Shown: positions 44,854-53,253, counted from the first letter of the stretch. The stretch is 64,000 nucleotides of DNA from an uncultured virus (IMG/VR IMGVR_UViG_3300022074_000022) (IMGVR_UViG_3300022074_000022), one strand, 5' to 3'. Notes: generated by a model not told the origin, from the letters alone. Numbers and translations are program-made.

Positions 44854-46544
44854 TAGTATCCAAAGGTAGCGTCTTGAACCTGATAGACCTGATTCTTAAT
44901 CGCGCCAAGCTGTTGGTGAATAGATGCGTATCCGCTCATCCGCGTCATCATCATGTATCGGAGAGCGTCGTAAGCGTGATCTTCTGCTTTTGTGTCTACG
45001 TCTTCACTGTTCGACTTAGACAGCGGTATGCCTGCAAGCTGTTTGATGATATTCGAACAGGAAGAGAAAATACGCAAACGGGGTTCGCCGGAATACGGCT
45101 CCTTTGCAAGCCGACGATGAACCTCCATCTTTCCTTGAATTCTGTTTCTGTCAGAAGGAGTCCAACGAACTCCTTGACGCATCATTACCTCTGCGATAGA
45201 GGGACCGAAGCCTGTCTTGTTCCAACATGAGGAATCCAAAACAGTGTAGTGGGGGAGTGGGTCTAACTGTTCTGCTTCTAATATTTTATCTGCCAGCTCC
45301 TCTGCTGTCAAGTGTTTTTCGTATAATTCTCTGTATACCCAGATATTATTGTCCCAATCGATTGCGCCCCACAACACGCACGAAGGTGCAGCATATCCAT
45401 AGTCAGCAGCACGGATGCGAGGCCAATTGGTCGGCAACTCAAATGGCTCGACAACATGTCGGCTCCGTGAAAACTCGGGGAAGGCCGCTCCCTCCGCCAC
45501 GTCCCAATCCCCTTCAAGAAGTCTCTTCCGCTCGACTTCTGGGAGCGACCTGAGCATAGCCTCGTACTGGCCGTCTGCAAGCAGGTAGGGATTGTCGGTC
45601 AGCCTTGCCGGTACAAATTTGCGGTAGAACAGGGGCTGACCTGCTTTCTCGTGACCGTCAGGCCACATGAACGGTGTCATTGTATCTATATCGAAGGCAG
45701 GAAAAGGCTTGTTTGGTTCCACGTCGTCGATGTACATCTTCTTGACCCACCAACCACCCACTCCTCCGGGGTTGGCTGTGCAGCGCATGTACAAGTGCTG
45801 CTGGAGTTCATTATCAGTAGAACGAAGGCGAGAACGCAAGTAATCCCAGACATAGGGCGTAGGGTACTGAGTAATCTCATCAATGCCTATCCAGTTGAAT
45901 GCCTGACCTTGAAAGCGAGTTACATCTTTGTCCCGATCCAGATAGGTGAACCAGATCGTAGCACCAGACGGGAACACCCACGTAGACTTCGACTCACGAA
46001 ACTTTGCACCCGGAAAAGCCTTTGTGTAAAGCTGGCGGGACTTGTCAATCAGTTCAGTGAGTTCATCCAGTGTACGACGGAGAAGAAGACCACGATGATT
46101 AGGATTGTGACAGTAACGTAGCGGATCAGCAAGAAGTGCAAAGCTTTTTCCACCACCGGCTGCACCGCCGTAGAGTACATCTCGCTCACCCGCGCTAAGA
46201 AATTCTGTTTGCGGTCCTTCATTCGGCGAGAACACAACCTCGCTTTCACCGACAAGCTCCGAAACTGCGTCAGGTAAAGCATCCAAATCCCCAAGATCGA
46301 TTGTGGCAGAACCGGCTCCTGTAAGAGCTTTTTCCACTTTTCCCACTGTTTTTTCAAGTTCTCTTGCATATCTTCGCTTGTCTTCGGCCTGTTTGGTGGT
46401 TTTGGCTGCTCTTTTCTTAGCTGCGTTGACACGTTTCTGCGCTGCACGTCTTGCACGTTCTTTTGTAGACATCTGATATGTGTCTTTAGGCGCATTAGGG
46501 TCCTTTTTAGGCCTTCCGCGCCGCTTTGGAGTCTCTTCAGACAT
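44853..46544 (-). CDS. terL: Terminase large subunit with basic N-terminal extension
   Basis: YGGAAGGGKS, IGIDE, TANPGG, RLTDNPYL, DYG, EDHAYDALRY. Confidence 0.95.
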   Translation of the reverse strand: MSEETPKRRGRPKKDPNAPKDTYQMSTKERARRAAQKRVNAAKKRAAKTTKQAEDKRRYARELEKTVGKVEKALTGAGSATIDLGDLDALPDAVSELVGESEVVFSPNEGPQTEFLSAGERDVLYGGAAGGGKSFALLADPLRYCHNPNHRGLLLRRTLDELTELIDKSRQLYTKAFPGAKFRESKSTWVFPSGATIWFTYLDRDKDVTRFQGQAFNWIGIDEITQYPTPYVWDYLRSRLRSTDNELQQHLYMRCTANPGGVGGWWVKKMYIDDVEPNKPFPAFDIDTMTPFMWPDGHEKAGQPLFYRKFVPARLTDNPYLLADGQYEAMLRSLPEVERKRLLEGDWDVAEGAAFPEFSRSRHVVEPFELPTNWPRIRAADYGYAAPSCVLWGAIDWDNNIWVYRELYEKHLTAEELADKILEAEQLDPLPHYTVLDSSCWNKTGFGPSIAEVMMRQGVRWTPSDRNRIQGKMEVHRRLAKEPYSGEPRLRIFSSCSNIIKQLAGIPLSKSNSEDVDTKAEDHAYDALRYMMMTRMSGYASIHQQLGAIKNQVYQVQDATFGY

Positions 46545-46546
46545 GT

Positions 46547-46783
46547 TTACGGCTTTTCTGCGCTTCCTGAAGCTTTGCGACCCCTTACAGCCATCTTCAT
46601 ACCGTCGATGTTCTCATATTTCTGTGGTTCTTTGGTCTTTCCCTTTCCAAAAGCCCCCAGAGCATAAGCAGTGAGCATGATTGGACGCGGACCTATGCGT
46701 TGAAACGCCTCAGAGAAGCTCTTTGGCGGCTCTCCTGCGTTAAGATCAGCTTTTGTAAGTAGCTTTCTTTTCTCTTTACCCAT
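46547..46783 (-). CDS. Hypothetical late protein
   Basis: Between terS and terL; ends RGRKASGSAEKP. Confidence 0.6.
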   Translation of the reverse strand: MGKEKRKLLTKADLNAGEPPKSFSEAFQRIGPRPIMLTAYALGAFGKGKTKEPQKYENIDGMKMAVRGRKASGSAEKP

Positions 46784-47180
46784 CGATAATGACCTCGTTC
46801 TTTGGTGGAAGCAGCACGACTCCGTGAACTGCTGTTACGTTGTGGTTTACTTGATCTGGGGCCTTTGCACCTACACGATTAAGTAGTGATTCGGCAGCTT
46901 TGAGACGTAAATCATCACCTCGTTCGGGGGCGGGATTGTCTATTGTCGCTACAAGCCTGTTCGCAGCCTTTAGGGCGTTCATCGAAAGGATGTCTTTTGT
47001 GCGTTCTACGATCTCATCTGCTAAATGTTTACGTAACCACCCTGCAGAACCACGAGAATACCCTGCATCTACGGCTGCAGCAGTGACTTGACCGCCGTTT
47101 TCAAACAGTATGTCAAGGAATTTCTCTTGTTGAGGCGTAAGTTCACGCTCTCTTTTCCGCTGTTGAGGTAAAAGATTCAT
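46776..47180 (-). CDS. terS: Terminase small subunit
   Basis: LTPQQEKFL...AAVDAGYS HTH; AAESLLNRVG; VVLLPPK. Confidence 0.8.
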   Translation of the reverse strand: MNLLPQQRKRERELTPQQEKFLDILFENGGQVTAAAVDAGYSRGSAGWLRKHLADEIVERTKDILSMNALKAANRLVATIDNPAPERGDDLRLKAAESLLNRVGAKAPDQVNHNVTAVHGVVLLPPKNEVIIDG

Positions 47181-47297
47181 CGTTTATACCAGATATAGAG
47201 AGATGTAGGTCGATGTCCCACCGTAGCCACGCCTTTATCGTGTAAAAACAGTGAAGGTGGGAAGGTGTGCTAATGTGTGGAACGAACCTACGCCTAT

Positions 47298-47326
47298 ATT
47301 ATGGGTGTACGGCTTACTTTTGTCAA
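47298..47326 (-). promoter_or_regulatory. Late operon promoter
   Basis: TTGACA-17-CATAAT pointing at terS. Confidence 0.75.
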
Positions 47327-47344
47327 CAAAAAAAATTTTATGGC

Positions 47345-47373
47345 TTGACAGTTTTGAAATTCGACTGTATAGT
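47345..47373 (+). promoter_or_regulatory. Strong sigma70-like promoter, divergent from late promoter
   Basis: TTGACA-17-TATAGT. Confidence 0.8.
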
Positions 47374-47379
47374 AAGGGT

Positions 47380-47450
47380 ACTACCCGCCGGGGAATAACT
47401 ACTCCCACACCACAGATACATTGGGGCACTGTTTTGGTGCCCCCTTTTTT
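47380..47450 (+). ncRNA. Candidate small RNA of about 70 nt
   Basis: Bounded by consensus promoter and terminator; no ATG inside. Confidence 0.55.
47423..47450 (+). terminator. Rho-independent terminator
   Basis: GGGGCAC-TGTTTTG-GTGCCCC-CTTTTTT. Confidence 0.85.
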
Positions 47451-47809
47451 ATGTCTGGCGCACTGTTTTGCCGGGGCGGTATCGATTACTTTCAAAAAAT
47501 AAAATTACGGTCGAGATTACTAGCACATATACCGGTCCCCCGGGTGGCCCATGCGCGCCCCCGCGCGAGGCCCATTTTTTTCTCGGCGAGAATGGCTGCG
47601 GGCTGATCGGCAAAACAGACAACCCCTGAAACCAACAGGAAAGCCCGCCGGACGCATAAGCCGCGCCCGCCCGCCCGTGTATAGAGTTTGCCATGCCGTT
47701 AACTCATAGAGATGTCCGCCGAGATTAGGTGGCATAGCTCACCCCGAACAAAGCTATTCCGGATTTATTTAGCGATTACAGCCCGCCGGGATTAAACCGG
47801 CCCGCGCAT

Positions 47810-47843
47810 AAAAAAAGGCCCGCCGGACTAATCCAGACGGGCC
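47810..47843 (-). terminator. Terminator of leftward early genes
   Basis: GGCCCGTCTGGA-TTAG-TCCGGCGGGCC followed by T7. Confidence 0.8.
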
Positions 47844-47868
47844 AAGGCGGGAGGAAAAGGGTCGGACG

Positions 47869-48108
47869 TTAGGTGTCCAGAGGCGGCTTCACGGTCTCAA
47901 AGCGGTTAAGGCCGTGCTCATATGCGGCATAAGTCCGGGCAGCGTTCAGGATGTCCGGATAATCCCGCTGAAGTACTGCGAGGTGGTAGTCGTCCATCAT
48001 GGCAATCGAAGAATGCAGATTCTCTATGGCGTATTTGAGAGAATTGCGGCGGGTGTCTACCATGCCGGACTGGTCAAGGGCTTCTCTAAAAGAGGTTGGC
48101 GCGTTCAT
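47869..48108 (-). CDS. Hypothetical early protein
   Basis: GGAGAAAAC RBS; followed by terminator. Confidence 0.7.
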   Translation of the reverse strand: MNAPTSFREALDQSGMVDTRRNSLKYAIENLHSSIAMMDDYHLAVLQRDYPDILNAARTYAAYEHGLNRFETVKPPLDT

Positions 48109-48176
48109 GTCTGTTTTCTCCTGTTTCAGACTGTTGGAGCGGGCCAGTAGCGGCCCGCCCCCAATTTATGCCGGAA

Positions 48177-48707
48177 TTACGATCCGGACGCAATACGATA
48201 TATTTTGCGATATCCCGTTTTCCCATAACGAACATTGACCGTCTTCGATTCGATCTCATAACCGTGGTCGGCAAGGTCATACAGATACTGTTGGACGGTG
48301 GACGCTTTGAGCTTCACCAGACCGGCAATGGTCGGCAGCGCGACGAAACGGCCCCGCGACAAGATCGAAACCATCTCCCGGTGCTTCTTCGACATTGGCC
48401 GCTGGTAATTCTTCCAAAAATCCGGATCACTTTTCGGGTGGTTGCGGCCATAGATCGGCATAGGCGTAGCAGATTCACTCCCGGCCACTGGCTCACCGTG
48501 AAGGTCGGTCTGGATCGGCAGCGGCAACAGTTCACTGTTTTCCTTTGGCTCGACGCGCATGAACCCGGCATCGAAAAGCTTCCCGCGTAGCTCGGAAATG
48601 ATCTCATCCCGCAACCGGGCTTCGACGTCTTTTTCGATTTCAGTGACCAGTGACTCGGCAAGCTGACGGATGCGATCTACGTTATTGAAGAGGTTGTTTC
48701 CTGACAT
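48177..48707 (-). CDS. Early protein with putative C-terminal winged HTH
   Basis: LPTIAGLVKLKASTVQQYLYDLADHGYEIE. Confidence 0.65.
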   Translation of the reverse strand: MSGNNLFNNVDRIRQLAESLVTEIEKDVEARLRDEIISELRGKLFDAGFMRVEPKENSELLPLPIQTDLHGEPVAGSESATPMPIYGRNHPKSDPDFWKNYQRPMSKKHREMVSILSRGRFVALPTIAGLVKLKASTVQQYLYDLADHGYEIESKTVNVRYGKTGYRKIYRIASGS

Positions 48708-48803
48708 TTTTGAATCCTTTCTACCAGATGGTAACGATTATCAGGGTTAACAGAAGGCACCAAAGGACCATCCCGACGGTGCGATAGATGGTCAGAAGGA
48801 CGC

Positions 48804-49856
48804 TCATACAAGCGCCCCCACTGACACGGGCTGGCGCTCATAAGACGCCCACAGGTCCGAGGCAGTAAGGTCCCGGACAAGGTCTTCACGCTGGCGTTCA
48901 ACACGATGCGCTGCTGCGCCTGCTGTTGACGTCTTGCGCTCTTTCCCGTCTTCACCAATCCACGTTTGGTCGGTATGGGTCGACCAGTGCGTCAGGGCAT
49001 TGTATGCCGCCCACAGAGTCGGCCCAAGCTCGGGCAGTTCTTCCGTGAAGCGGTGAAGCAGATAGTTGAGGCGCTTAGAGTTGACCGCCGCTTTCTTGCC
49101 GGTTTGAGCCGCTAGGCTGTTATCCTTACAGATCGATTGTGACAAGAGGTCGGAAAAGTCGTTCAGCGACATGGGGCTTCGTGCCCACAGTTTCATCGCG
49201 TCTTTTGACTCATCCCAAAAGGTCAAGCCCGATATAGCTTTCCGGGTCATCGCCTCAGTATCGAGACCGGACGTGTGCTTGCGTTTCTGGTGATACGCCT
49301 TCGAACCACCGAAAACCAAAGTGTTGCGGCACAGGTCACGATAGGCCCCCGAAAACACCTGAAAGGCCCACGTCTTGTTGACGCTGTTGAAGATATCGAA
49401 CCGGCAGCGGACAAGGTCCCGCCCGTCGGCGACCGACTCTTTCATGTCGTTGAAAACGATAGTCCGATGAGCTTTGAGGCCATTTTCGAAAAGCCGGTCG
49501 ACAACCGTCACATTTTCCAGCGGCAGGGTGGACCGGTGAAGCTGCGCCGTCTGTTTAGCGAAAACCCTGTCGTGTGGCTCCAGCTTGTAATCGGCATTGA
49601 CCGGACAGGTCGGCATGACCGAACCGGTGGCTTCGTTATACAGCGCGACGAAACCCGGCATCCGCTCGGCCTCTTCAAACTCGACCTCAGCTAGTCCGGA
49701 CTGGCTCCACGGCACAACGGCCTCAATTGGAATCTTCCGGATTTTGCACATGTCGTCATAAAGAGACAGGTCGTCGATGCTGTCATGCTGATAGGTGATG
49801 GTCTCACCGTTCCGGATAACGCCGGTCGTTTCTTCGGTCTGAATAAGATCAAACAT
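48804..49856 (-). CDS. DUF932-like protein
   Basis: FNS...GAYRDLCRN...RKHT, TLWAAYNALTHWSTH; family recalled, not searched. Confidence 0.75.
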   Translation of the reverse strand: MFDLIQTEETTGVIRNGETITYQHDSIDDLSLYDDMCKIRKIPIEAVVPWSQSGLAEVEFEEAERMPGFVALYNEATGSVMPTCPVNADYKLEPHDRVFAKQTAQLHRSTLPLENVTVVDRLFENGLKAHRTIVFNDMKESVADGRDLVRCRFDIFNSVNKTWAFQVFSGAYRDLCRNTLVFGGSKAYHQKRKHTSGLDTEAMTRKAISGLTFWDESKDAMKLWARSPMSLNDFSDLLSQSICKDNSLAAQTGKKAAVNSKRLNYLLHRFTEELPELGPTLWAAYNALTHWSTHTDQTWIGEDGKERKTSTAGAAAHRVERQREDLVRDLTASDLWASYERQPVSVGALV

Positions 49857-50095
49857 GGTCGTTTTCTCCATTGGTTGTTGGCCGGTCAAAAGCGACCGGT
49901 CCCTGATTCTGGCACGGTTTCTGCAGGATGCAAAGGTTTTTTACCAGACAGGGAAAAAATGACCGGCTGGCCCCGTCGTCTCGCCGCCGATCCGATCCGC
50001 CCGCAAGTCCCGCCCCCGAACAAAAGACAGGAAACCATTAGCGAATCCCCGAGTATTTAGTGTCGCAGTGTTTGCCTGTTGGTGTCAGCCACTTG

Positions 50096-50713
50096 TCAAC
50101 TGATCCCGTGACGGTCACGCCAGACGCGCCAAGTGATCGCCTGTAATTGATAAGGCATGAGGCCAACACGTCGCGCCGCCTCTTCGTACGCGGCTTGAAG
50201 TGCGCGGTATTCACGGACGCCGATGTTTGTCCGGTCGTCAGTGAGGCCGACGCGCTCATCGTAGGCAATGTTTCGCGCGTGGCCGTCGATGGTCACGTTG
50301 AATTCGCCCATGATGTCCATAAAAAAGGACGTGATCTTTTGACCTTTCAGCATACGTTTTGCGCCGTCGTAGTCCGGACGCGCCGCCAAGATATCCCACG
50401 CTTTCGCCTTCATCTTGTTATAGGTCGAGACCTTCACGGAATCGATGCCGTCACCACGCAAGAAAGCGTCTATTAGTGTCGCCGCGTTTGTCACGTTCCG
50501 AGACCATTTGTTATTCGGTGAAAGCGCGGCGATGACTGCCACCACAATATAGACCGCGATGCCATACTTGGCCGCGATATCATGCGCCGCCTTTTGCGCG
50601 TCGGAGTACCACAACAACCCTTCCGCATGCTGCGTTTCGTCGGCGTCACGGTAAACGCTGGTGATGTTGTGAATCATTCTTTCGTGATCAACTAGCGTGG
50701 CCTGCTTTGTCAT
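50096..50713 (-). CDS. Conserved phage protein, possible HhH-GPD glycosylase-like fold
   Basis: WY...IAALSP...W..N, GQKITSF, VTIDGHA, LQAITW. Confidence 0.65.
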   Translation of the reverse strand: MTKQATLVDHERMIHNITSVYRDADETQHAEGLLWYSDAQKAAHDIAAKYGIAVYIVVAVIAALSPNNKWSRNVTNAATLIDAFLRGDGIDSVKVSTYNKMKAKAWDILAARPDYDGAKRMLKGQKITSFFMDIMGEFNVTIDGHARNIAYDERVGLTDDRTNIGVREYRALQAAYEEAARRVGLMPYQLQAITWRVWRDRHGIS

Positions 50714-50946
50714 GCGATTACCTCGCCGGTGTGAATCCAGACTGGCGCGTCGGTTTCAATCCATACGCGCGCACCACAAGAAAGCGGCTTGTCCGGTGAA
50801 TAAACAACAAGCGATAGCCCGTCAATTTCTGCCGCATAAGTATAGTGATTACTTTTGCTGGTCTTAACAGTAATCGGCGGGTTATGTTCTTTATTCTTTT
50901 TGTTGGCGCGGATGACGTGCTGATTTATGTGTATTCGTTTTTTCAT
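50710..50946 (-). CDS. Conserved small phage protein
   Basis: IHINQHVI...YSPDKPLSCGARVWIET. Confidence 0.8.
   Translation of the reverse strand: MKKRIHINQHVIRANKKNKEHNPPITVKTSKSNHYTYAAEIDGLSLVVYSPDKPLSCGARVWIETDAPVWIHTGEVIA
50811..50922 (+). repeat. 112-bp exact direct repeat, copy 2
   Basis: Identical to 1-112. Confidence 0.95.
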
Positions 50947-50965
50947 GATGTTTTCTCCTCATATG

Positions 50966-51003
50966 AAAAAGCCCCGGCAGATTATGGGTAATATCCGCCG
51001 GAG
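50966..51003 (-). terminator. Rho-independent terminator
   Basis: CTCCGGCGGAT...ATCTGCCGGGG-CTTTTT. Confidence 0.65.
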
Positions 51004-51170
51004 TCAATACGCGATATCTTCGCTTTCTGTTTTTTCAGCCAACAAGTCGGACAACGCAGCCCCCCGCCTTCATTCACCATCGCAGGCTCGCCGCAATCAT
51101 CGCACAGATACTCTGGCGATAGTGTCGTCGGCTTGTCACGCTTTTTAGTGTCGCGGCGCTTGTCAGCCAA
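50982..51170 (-). CDS. Double-CxxC zinc-ribbon protein (unit B)
   Basis: CDDC...CPTC; homolog of 170-352. Confidence 0.7.
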   Translation of the reverse strand: MADKRRDTKKRDKPTTLSPEYLCDDCGEPAMVNEGGGLRCPTCWLKKQKAKISRIDSGGYYP

Positions 51171-51333
51171 TGTCGTCAGGTTCACCCGGCTCGGCGTGAT
51201 CGTACTGCCACTTGAGTTGCAGTTCGTCGTAGTGTTCGACAACAGTCTCGCCGTGCTTATCCATGAATTCCCGACGCGTCATATACGATGCGTCTTCTTC
51301 CATTTCGATTAGCCAGTCAGATACTTTACCCAT
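51163..51333 (-). CDS. Conserved 56-aa protein (unit B)
   Basis: Homolog of 521-691. Confidence 0.8.
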   Translation of the reverse strand: MGKVSDWLIEMEEDASYMTRREFMDKHGETVVEHYDELQLKWQYDHAEPGEPDDIG

Positions 51334-51652
51334 CTCGCGTTCCTACCTTTGTCTCGTAGTGTTCAACATCAGCAACCACCTGATCGATCTTTGTGTATAT
51401 CTGATCAAGGTCGCTGTCCATCAGGTCTATGTCTTCTAAGGCGTGTTTTGCCTGTGTGAGGAAGGCACGGATCACCGTCGTCTGTGTGACCTTTGCACGT
51501 AACAGTTCACCGCCACCGTCGCAGTCGTGACAGTGATGGTATTCCTCGACAAGGTCGCCGCCCCGGATCGGATCGGGAACAGCCTGTTCGTACTCCTTCT
51601 TGCCGTAGCCGCCACACTCCCAACAGTGACAAGATTCGACGTGGTTTTCCAT
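51326..51652 (-). CDS. DnaJ-type zinc-finger protein (unit B)
   Basis: CWECGGYG, CHDCDGGG. Confidence 0.8.
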   Translation of the reverse strand: MENHVESCHCWECGGYGKKEYEQAVPDPIRGGDLVEEYHHCHDCDGGGELLRAKVTQTTVIRAFLTQAKHALEDIDLMDSDLDQIYTKIDQVVADVEHYETKVGTRDG

Positions 51653-51801
51653 CAGCAGTAGATCCTTTCCATGATGCCGTTGATCGCGTGCCACATGATC
51701 CACGCGATGCAAGCCATACAGGCGAGGCGTATCACGTTATCCATGAACGGGTCTTTCGCTGGGTCAGTCTCCATCCAGCATGTGAGGATTGTCTTAATCA
51801 T
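51652..51801 (-). CDS. 49-aa membrane protein (unit B)
   Basis: Homolog of 1010-1159. Confidence 0.75.
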   Translation of the reverse strand: MIKTILTCWMETDPAKDPFMDNVIRLACMACIAWIMWHAINGIMERIYC

Positions 51802-52075
51802 GTTCGCCCCCACTGCCTCGTCCCAAGCTACCGAAATACTGCGGCTTACGTTTTGCCGTTTCGAACACAGCCAGCGTGATAAAGATGCCAGCCAACAGGA
51901 TTGCGTGGACAAGCGCACTGATGCCGAACACGACAATCGATCCCATCCACGACGAAAACACGATACACCACATCCACGCAAGGACTTGCATGATCATGTG
52001 ACGTGTGTTCATGTCGGGGATGTTGGACAGCGGGTTCTTTGCGCTGTCCATCACCAGTTGATATAGCCTAGTCAT
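51794..52075 (-). CDS. Membrane protein (unit B)
   Basis: Homolog of 1336-1617. Confidence 0.8.
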   Translation of the reverse strand: MTRLYQLVMDSAKNPLSNIPDMNTRHMIMQVLAWMWCIVFSSWMGSIVVFGISALVHAILLAGIFITLAVFETAKRKPQYFGSLGRGSGGEHD

Positions 52076-52310
52076 CAGTCGGCACCTCTTCTTCGTACAC
52101 ATAGTCACGCCACCACATCTTTTTGCCCTCTTCGTCAACCGGCGGGGTGAACTTAAGCGCGTGGTGCAACAGATGTTGCAGATGCTCTAACTTGCCTACG
52201 TCGGACATCCAAACGTCGTGGCACTCGTGAATCGTGGTGATCATGTTACGCAGATCATTATGTGCCTTCAAAAGCTGTCGGCGGTCGTCGTCTTTTACGA
52301 TTACTTCCAT
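52068..52310 (-). CDS. Hypothetical protein (unit B only)
   Basis: AGGAG RBS; 80 aa. Confidence 0.7.
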   Translation of the reverse strand: MEVIVKDDDRRQLLKAHNDLRNMITTIHECHDVWMSDVGKLEHLQHLLHHALKFTPPVDEEGKKMWWRDYVYEEEVPTDD

Positions 52311-52577
52311 GTGTCAATCTCCTATGTGCTGACGTTGTCACGATCCCATACTAATCTGATAGTTCTTTTACGATTTGGAATACGATTAATGTATCCTCTG
52401 TCTTCAAGACCTACGACAAGTCTGTGTATGCCGGATTTAGAAGCTAAACCCAAAGCCTCTCGCATTTCGTCAAAAGACGGAGACACTTCCCCTTCGCTAC
52501 GGCGTTCTCGCAAAAAGTTAAGAAGCTCTTTCTGTTTCTTTGTAAGCCCATACCTGTTTACCATGTGTCAATCTCCT
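52307..52577 (-). repeat. 17-bp direct repeats (AGGAGATTGACACATGG) flanking the LexA-like gene
   Basis: 52307-52323 is identical to 52561-52577. Confidence 0.9.
52322..52564 (-). CDS. LexA N-terminal DNA-binding domain only
   Basis: [10 protein letters not shown]...[35 protein letters not shown]; no peptidase domain. Confidence 0.88.
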   Translation of the reverse strand: MVNRYGLTKKQKELLNFLRERRSEGEVSPSFDEMREALGLASKSGIHRLVVGLEDRGYINRIPNRKRTIRLVWDRDNVST

Positions 52578-52621
52578 TTTTACAACATAACCCATACCGA
52601 TAACAAAAGCACCTGTCAAAC

Positions 52622-52657
52622 AAAAAAACGGGGCCAGTTCGAAAACCAGCCCCGCTT
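52622..52657 (-). terminator. Rho-independent terminator
   Basis: GCGGGGCTGGTT-TTCG-AACTGGCCCCGT plus T run. Confidence 0.85.
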
Positions 52658-52681
52658 GCAGTTTAGGGAGGAGAAAATCCC

Positions 52682-52963
52682 CTACGAGATTGCCACCTCG
52701 TAAGGTACACATAGTTTAAGCACAGGCTCCTTCCATTTGTCAAGCCACATTCTGCAATCCCTGTGATTTTTTCCGACGTATAGTGTCACCCACTTAGGAT
52801 AATCGACACAGTGTCGTGATCGAACAAGCTTCTTGTCAGTCTCCCCCAAACGGACAGAAGACATCGGAGCGATGACCTCGTGTCGTCCCCTTTTCGATAC
52901 GACATGGGGCAGCAGTGCTGTCCCTTTTCTATTCTTGAAAAACTTCATCATCTTCCTCTTCAA
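52682..52963 (-). CDS. Conserved hypothetical protein (unit B)
   Basis: Homolog of 2217-2486; start uncertain. Confidence 0.75.
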   Translation of the reverse strand: MKRKMMKFFKNRKGTALLPHVVSKRGRHEVIAPMSSVRLGETDKKLVRSRHCVDYPKWVTLYVGKNHRDCRMWLDKWKEPVLKLCVPYEVAIS

Positions 52964-53135
52964 ATGCTTCGATGTAAATGTCGATAGCCTCTCTTATGAC
53001 ATCTGACACAGCGAACTGACCCAGAGAACTAAGCTGTCCCTGTTCTGCTATTTCAGATAGCTTCTCATACTGCTCGACCGTCATGAGTAGATTGTATGTT
53101 TTTGTAGGTTCATCAATCTTTGGTGGTCTTGGCAT
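52929..53135 (-). CDS. RHH DNA-binding protein (unit B)
   Basis: Homolog of 2473-2673. Confidence 0.72.
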   Translation of the reverse strand: MPRPPKIDEPTKTYNLLMTVEQYEKLSEIAEQGQLSSLGQFAVSDVIREAIDIYIEAFEEEDDEVFQE

Positions 53136-53253
53136 CTCGTACCTCTTTTGTCACTCGCTTAGCTTCTTTGTCACGACGTTTGTCAGGGACTATCCTTTTA
53201 CCTAAATCTCTTAATGATTTAGCTACAGGATTGTTTCTATTATGTTTTTTCAT
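53113..53253 (-). CDS. Small basic protein (unit B; not in ORF track)
   Basis: MKKHNRNNPVAKSL...KRIVPDKRRDK. Confidence 0.7.
   Translation of the reverse strand: MKKHNRNNPVAKSLRDLGKRIVPDKRRDKEAKRVTKEVRDAKTTKD

Larger units (their letters stand above)
1..50810. mobile_element. Phage genome unit A (HMO-2011-type podovirus, apparently complete)
   Basis: Full early, replication, lysis, head, tail and packaging gene sets; bases 1-112 recur at 50811-50922, allowing circular closure; PolA has a DnaJ-type zinc finger. Confidence 0.9.

Noticed and set aside
47204..47232. Third copy of the CUAC/CC hairpin upstream of terS
   Set aside because: Folds only with a CUA/AC loop and wobble pairs; too weak without covariation data
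42847..47870. Protelomerase with a telRL site
   Set aside because: No long perfect palindrome found by eye, so kept only as a possibility
50056..50075. SP6/T7-type phage RNA polymerase promoter (CGACACTA)
   Set aside because: No RNA polymerase gene seen, sigma70-type promoters are present, and the match is only partial
1..50810. Integrated tandem prophages
   Set aside because: No host genes, tRNA or att-like site at the junction, which lies inside a small phage gene
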